Assembly: GCF_006345805.1 (NCBI RefSeq)
Contig: NW_021835605.1
Location: 1 to 26,349 of the forward strand
Source: Octopus sinensis
Taxonomy: Eukaryota
DNA: 26,349 nt
Direction: 5' to 3'
The notes below the pieces were generated by a model, which was not told where the DNA came from, made no database searches, and saw only the letters and a list, made by a program, of their open reading frames with translations. Positions 20,325 through 26,349 of this stretch are shown in pieces. The stretch's first letter is position 1, and every line of letters begins with the position of its first letter. A program made the translations under genes and the position numbers.

Positions 20325-21915
20325 TGCATGTCAGGTGATCGTCCTGTTTTCTGGAAGAATTATGTTGCTGAAGAAAATATGCACCAGAACAATGAAGAAA
20401 TCGTCTCTAAACGGAAAGTGAACATTTTTCTTATAAATATCCAAAGGAAGCTTGAAGTTGACAGCTTCGATATCTACAGCCACAATGGTCTTCCTTGACC
20501 AGATACAAGAATTGTTGAAGTAGCTAATATTCCAATTGGGCTTAGAGAAGAAACCATTTTTAAGGCAAAAAAATGTATTAATAAACTTCTGCCAACTTTA
20601 GACATTGAACAACGACTAGATTTTGATAAAGCTATCAGGTCCTTAAATAGTAAAAGAAGGAAGAATTCTGTTCTTAAATGCAAATGGTGGCACAGGGAAA
20701 ACCTATGTGATCAACATCATACTTGATAGTTGCTACTGCCACGTCTGCTATTGCAACCACTTTGCTTCTGAAAGGGAGAGTTCTTCATTCTATGTCCAGG
20801 ATTTCTCTCAGTGAGACTACAAAATCAACATTAAGACTCACAAAGAGAGACGCCACAAGAGAATTTGTGCCTCAATCTGGTCTCTTAGTTATCGATGGGA
20901 CCAGGATGGGGCCTAAGCATCTCTGTGAGTGCCTTGAAACGGGATTGCATGATGTGTGAGACTGTAACAAACCTGTTTGTGAATTTACTATATTACTGTC
21001 TGGTGATAGAAAACAAATTCTTGCAGTTATGTCATCTTGGAAGATTATAATTTGTTGATGCAGATCCTTTCTTGAGGATTGAGTAGAAATAGTGAAGATA
21101 GGAACCAATCTAAGACTTCTTACAAAAGGTCATTCTGATGAAAAAGAGTCTGTTAATCACCATTTTGATGCTGGAAATGGTGATATTTCTGTCGAACAAA
21201 GTCTAGGTGCATCCAAAATCAACCTGCTTTACAACTTTGGCCTGTCAAGTTTATGTGATGTTGTCTTGCAAATAACTTCACAGACCCCATGATGTGGCTT
21301 GCAAACAGACCCATTATTACTCCAACAAATGAAATATCACAATTTGTAAATGAATTCATGTTGACCAGGATCCCTGGTGAGGTAAAGATATGCAGAAGCT
21401 CAGATACAGTTGATAATGAAGCTCTGTACCTAATCAAATTCATCAACACACTCCTACCATCAGGGTTTCCATGGACATATCCTCACACTAAAGACAAGAG
21501 GCTGCATTAGGTTTTTGAAGAATTTAGATGCTAAACAAGACCATTGCAATGACACAGGCTACGTTATTATCTGCTTCCAAGATCTTATTATTGCTGCCGG
21601 GGTTGCTTGTGGTTCTTTTGCAGGATGAATGTTGGTATTCTCAGGGATCCCAAATGGGTCTCAAGGAATGGAGTTCCCATTCATAGTTACCATACAAACA
21701 ATTTCCTGTGGAACCATTCTTTGCTTTGACATGCAACAAAGCACAGGGACAGACATTTAAACAAATTGGAATATATCTTCCAACACAACTCTTCTCCCGT
21801 GGTCAGCTATAAGTGTCACTTTCTAGAGTTTGGATGAAGCCTCATGGCAAATTATTGGCAGAGAGAAATAGAAACCGTATTTTACTAACAATCGAGTCGA
21901 CAAGGAGGTTCTATT
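20325..21915 (+). pseudogene. Decayed Helitron RepHel PIF1-family helicase region
   Basis: Manual translation across frameshifts and stops: EQRLDFDKAI..FLNANGGTGKTYVINIIL (Walker A), IVATATSAIATTLLLKGRVLHS, LSGDRKQILAV, RPIITPTNE..IPGEVK..FINTLLPSGFP, LKNLDAKQDHCN, ALTCNKAQGQTFKQIGIYLPTQLFSRGQL*VSLSRV, VDKEVL. Confidence 0.9.
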
Positions 21916-22384
21916 TGACAGGAAAATATGCATTTTAAGTAAGTTTCATAATATTGAATTTCATTCTTCATTTTTTTTTCTTGAAACTTCCACAGAGTTT
22001 TTAAACTGTTTATGTAACAATGGAAGTGTTTAGAGAGAGGTCGGGGCTTACAACAACAACATCAACAACAAATGAAATTTCAAAGTTATCTTTATTTCCA
22101 AAGTAAATCTCCAGCAAAAAGGGAGCCAAACCAAGATCTGCTATAATTAGTACCCGAATCCTACTCCATTCAAATTTTATCATCTTAAAGACAAGGTGGT
22201 TCTGGGTTCTCTATACTTGGGAAAAAACATGGCGGTGGTGTTGAGTGTCTGGTTCGAAATAACTCAAAATAACTTTAATATTTCTCTAAACGTAGCGAAC
22301 ATTACAACTTTCAAAGTTACACATAATTCTCGCAACTGGAAATAAATTGGAGACGGTTTCATTCTAAGCATGGAAAGACTTTGT

Positions 22385-22740
22385 AGGCAAGGTGTGGCTG
22401 TGCAGTAAAAAAAATTTCCTTCGCAACCAAGTGGTTTCCAGTTCAATCCCAGTGCATGGTACATTAGGCAAGTGTTTTCAGTGTTTAGTACTATACCCTT
22501 GGATGGACCAATTCTGGAAAGAATGGAAGCCCGTTGTGTAGTTGTGTGTGTGATTGTGTTCGTGTTTGACGTTGTCTCGCATCACCGTGTGAAGACCGGT
22601 GTTGGTTTGTTTACTCCGTCGCAACTCGTCGCTTCCGTAAAAGGAACTGATAGACTTATAAGCGTTGATCTGATTAAGGAAACTATTTAAGCCGGTGCCC
22701 CAGCATGACCGAGCCAAATGAATGCAATTTGTAAAAGAAT
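22385..22740 (+). mobile_element. Old, diverged CORE-type SINE
   Basis: gtgtggctgtgcagtaa..cagttcaatccc..ggcaagtgt..ggaagcccgt..gaccggtgttggtttgtttac..gccggtgccccagcatgacc. Confidence 0.7.
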
Positions 22741-23285
22741 ATACGAACACAATTTTGTTTTCGTAAATATTTCGAAAATTGTAAATATTTTAAAGAAACA
22801 TCGAAATTAGCTTCAAATCTGCTTTTTTCCTTCTCATTAATCTCATCTTTTGTATTTTTAATTATTTCCTTTCTTTTCTTCTTTATGTAAGAATATTCTG
22901 TTTGATAAAAATTCTCATTAATCCTCACATTACATTGAATGGCCATTTTCTTCATTAAGCCTTTGTAGCTTATTTGCAGGTTTATCTTTGGAGTTTTCTG
23001 ACCAAATGCCAATCAGAAAATAGAAAAATTATAAACAACTTTTACACTTTATCATTTCTTATATGAGATTTGGCTGTGATTTCTAGCTGGTCTCTCGACT
23101 ATAGAGGTTGTGTGACGATTGCGGGTTCTAGATTTTGAAGTTCTAGTTTAAGAAGCAGAAGTGTAAAAATGTGAAATTGTTAGATGTCAAACGAAAAACA
23201 AACCAGTGATGTGGAAGATGTTGGAGTTGAAACTAAAAAGGGTTCTAATAAGAGTTATTATCCTTACTTTCTTTCTCTCCTTCCA

Positions 23286-23667
23286 TCTCTCTCTATATAA
23301 ACGGCAGTTTGTCTGTCTGTGTGTCTGTGTGTCTGTCAGGTTGTACCCTCACCCTGACCACGGCTTTCAACCGATTCTGATGAAACTTGACACACACATA
23401 GCCCAATGTCATAATTCAAAACTAACGCAGCGAAAATTTTGAAAAGTTCTCCCAGTTCTGAAAAACATCGATAAATTCGACATGGGGTCGAGAATCAGAA
23501 ACACAAACCACAAACTGTCTAGGGGACGCAACTCGACCTTTTTTACTAAAAAAAAATTTACCATCGTTTTTTATCCATTTTTTTGCTATTTTTTGGCTAT
23601 AACTCTCTAAAAATGCTTTATAGTTATTTCCCTTACAAACCCGAGCAACGCCGGGTGATACTGCTAG
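23286..23667 (+). mobile_element. Non-autonomous Helitron
   Basis: A|TC 5' start; internal (GTCT/GT) microsatellite; subterminal hairpin cccgagcaacgccggg; CTAG|T 3' end (23664-23667). Confidence 0.88.
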
Positions 23668-23964
23668 TCTTGCTATATAATTCAGTATTACTCTCGCATC
23701 CAGCTTTCATTATTACCTCATACCCTTCCTCTATTAGTAAATATATTTATCGTTCGGCTTCTCTTTCTCTTCTGCGCACTCTCCCCCTCTAACTATCCCA
23801 GTCTCTGCCTCTGCCTCTGTCTCTCCTTCTATCTCTCCCCCTCTCTCTCTCTCTCCCTTCATGTTGGTCACTCCCTACAATACATGTTACAGTAGCCTTC
23901 CCCTCTCCTACTTTCTGTTTTAACTCCTCCTCTGCCTACGTTTCGATACACATATCATTTACTA

Positions 23965-23970
23965 TCGATT

Positions 23971-24027
<57 letters not shown>

Positions 24028-24336
24028 GTTCTCTCTCTCTCTCTCTCGTTCTCTCGCTTTCTCTCTCACTTTCTCTCTCACTTTCTCTTTCACTCTCTCT
24101 CTCTCTCTCTTCTCTTCTCGTTCTCTCTCTCACTTTCTCTCTCGTTCTCTCTCACTTTCTCTCTCACTTTCTCTTTCACTCTCTCTTTCTCTCTCGCTTT
24201 CTCTCTCTCTCTCTCTCTCGTTCTCTCGCTTTCTCTCTCACTTTCTCTCTCACTTTCTCTTCACTTCTCTCTCTCTCTCTCTCGTTCTCTCTCTCACTTT
24301 CTCTCTCACTTTCTCTTTCACTCTCTCTCTCTCTCG

Positions 24337-24371
<35 letters not shown>

Positions 24372-24422
24372 TCTCTCTCACTTTCTCTTTCACTTTCTCT
24401 TTCACTCTCTCTTTCGCTCTCG

Positions 24423-24453
<31 letters not shown>

Positions 24454-24530
24454 ACTTTCTCTTTCTCTTTCCCTCTCTCTTACTCTCTCGCTTTCTCTCT
24501 CTCTCTCTCTCGTTTTCTCTCTCTCATAAT
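23965..24530. repeat. (CT)n-rich polypyrimidine tract
   Basis: CT array with ctcacttt/ctcgtt interruptions. Confidence 0.95.
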
Positions 24531-24921
24531 TACTCCAAAAGAGATTATGACATCACAATTCCGAGAAATATCATCTGAATACTATAATCTCTTCAATTCG
24601 ACTTCCTTCACAATTGGTGTCGTATCGATCAAACGATGATATCTATAATAACTATCGATCTATTTAATTCGTATCTTGATTTCCAGCAATTTCTTCATAA
24701 ATTTCCCAGTATATTGATTTCTTCTTCCTGAAGCTGTCTTTTCTTTCTTCTTTCACTTCTCTTCTTCCTTTCTTAAGCTCATTCATTCATTCTTTCTTTC
24801 CTTCGTTTGTTTGACTTAGCGATTATTTATTGATCTTTTGATTTAAACATATTTGTCACATTTTAGCTTACTGTTAACAGTCTCATTGAATCTCTCTGTA
24901 TCTCTCTCACTCTATCTTAGA

Positions 24922-24961
<40 letters not shown>

Positions 24962-25347
24962 CTAGCAGTATCGCCCGGCGTTGCTCAGGTTTGTAAGGGA
25001 AATAACTATAAAGCATTTTTAGAGAGTTATAGCCAAAAAATAGCAAAAAAATGGAAAAAAATGATGGTAAATGTTTTTTTGAGAGTAAAAAAAGGTTGAG
25101 TTGCGTCCCCTAGACAGTCTGTGGTTTGTTTTTTTTGATTCTCGACCCCATGTCGAATTTATCGATTTTTTTCAGAACTGGGGGAACTTTTCAAAATTTT
25201 CGCTGCGTTAGTTTTGAATTATGACATTGGGCTATGTGTGTGTCAAGTTTCATCAGAATCGGTTGAAAGCCGTGGTCAGGGTGAGGGTACAAGCAAACAG
25301 ACACACAGAAACACGCACAGACAAACTGCCGTTTATATAGAGAGAGA
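24962..25347 (-). mobile_element. Non-autonomous Helitron, second copy (inverted)
   Basis: Reverse complement of 23286-23667 with the same TC start, hairpin and CTAG end, in an A|..|T context. Confidence 0.88.
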
Positions 25348-25364
25348 TATTGATATATATATCG

Positions 25365-25572
25365 CCATGTTCATTCGTTAGCTACTGCACGCATTTTTTT
25401 TATCTCCTTCTTTCTGTGTTTTTCTCTCTATGTGTATCTTTCTGTTGAAGAGCGTAGGCTCGAAACGTTAAAGACTTGTTTTATTTATATTTCCTGAGCG
25501 CCATACTAATACAATTGTTCGTTTGTTTTCCACCTGCCTTCGTCTTTTGTTTATTTTCATAAAGCTTCCCGT

Positions 25573-25574
<2 letters not shown>
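25365..25574 (+). mobile_element. PLE pLTR-like 3' end ending in (TA)n
   Basis: Contains an HHR-like motif; terminates ..gcttcccgttatatata. The 5' boundary is approximate. Confidence 0.55.
25437..25474 (+). ncRNA. Minimal type I hammerhead-like motif with variant core
   Basis: Stem I TCTTT/AAAGA; core CTGTTGA (A6 to T); extra A; stem II GAGC-GTAG-GCTC; GAAA 25462-25465; CG; TT. Confidence 0.55.

Positions 25575-25650
<76 letters not shown>
25572..25650. repeat. (TA)n microsatellite
   Basis: TA array. Confidence 0.95.
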
Positions 25651-25651
<1 letters not shown>

Positions 25652-25869
25652 GAAATAAGTAATAATGATGTCAAGGCATTAGACCACTACGGCTGTTTCA
25701 AGCACACCCATTTAGTATCAGTGAATCTCTCTCTCTCTCTCACTCTCTCTCTCTATTATATATATATTTCTTAAAAATCAGCATGAAAAAGCCGTGTATT
25801 TCCAAAAATACTTACTCCTTTCCTTATATATTTTCTCAGTTTATGGCGATGATAATCATTGATTTCACA

Positions 25870-26349
25870 ATTAACATCTCATATTTCACGTGCCTTCAAC
25901 GAGATCTTTACACAGTTCTTATCCTTGTTTATGGAAAGTGCCACCAGCATGAACGAAGAGTACAATTTAACATATAGCATCTGTTTAGGGATTCTCTGAT
26001 CATTAATCTGAAGAAGATGTCCTGTTCACCGTAATTGGTGATGGTATATCATCATTATTCTCTGTGCTTTTATAATTTGACAAATCCAACCTCTCTTCTC
26101 TGGGCAACAAATTTTCCTTTTGATGCTTTTAAAATATGAAAATTTCTTTGACAGTCATTGACCAGAACAAGATGAAGATCTCAGTCAGTAAAGGAATTTG
26201 TCTGGGGTCATCAAAGTTTGAAGTTATTCTTTTTAGTTTTATAAAGTCAATAAAAGTCTTACGTTTTCTCAATTTATAGAAAACTCGCTCTTTTATAAAT
26301 CAGTTTATTGGCTGTTCATTAAATGTTAAATTAAATTTTCTCCAGCTGG
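25870..26349 (-). mobile_element. Degraded RTE-clade LINE ORF2 C-terminal fragment
   Basis: Manual translation ..HHQLR*TGHLLQINDQRIPKQMLYVKL..KISLKAREI matches the RTE motif QLRWxGHxxRMxDxRIPKQLLYGEL. The element may extend past the window end. Confidence 0.7.

Noticed and set aside
23375-23395. CTGATGA followed by AAC inside the small Helitron
   Set aside because: No stem II, or GAAA/UH arrangement; chance match.
26005-26055. CTGAAGA-AGATG..CATC as a hammerhead
   Set aside because: No GAAA follows, and the sequence is explained as the antisense of RTE coding sequence (GHLLQ).

Overview
This is AT-rich, repeat-dominated eukaryotic DNA. No host-gene exon could be identified with confidence, so it is intergenic or deep intronic. 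The SINE types and long (TA)n, (GA)n and (TACA)n microsatellites look like an octopus (coleoid cephalopod) genome; this is inferred from recalled repeat families, not from a search. Nearly all tracked ORFs are artefacts of simple repeats. The real content is mobile DNA: (i) a head-to-head inverted Penelope-like element (PLE; RT YKDD plus C-terminal GIY-YIG endonuclease) at 6854-9370; (ii) a decayed Helitron PIF1-helicase region (about 20325-21915) enclosed by long degenerate inverted repeats; (iii) two inverted non-autonomous Helitrons; (iv) CR1 and RTE LINE 3' fragments; (v) a mariner MITE; (vi) many tRNA-derived SINEs. The most striking signal is a set of type-I hammerhead ribozyme (HHR) motifs from about five unrelated small elements, mostly abutting (TA)n tracts. 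The best is a canonical extended HHR in a 358-nt-period partial tandem repeat (11029-11590), a candidate non-LTR retrozyme / circular-RNA element. A 435-bp palindrome (2958-3392) looks like a MITE but also carries a complete HHR. All folds were read by eye; none were computed or tested.
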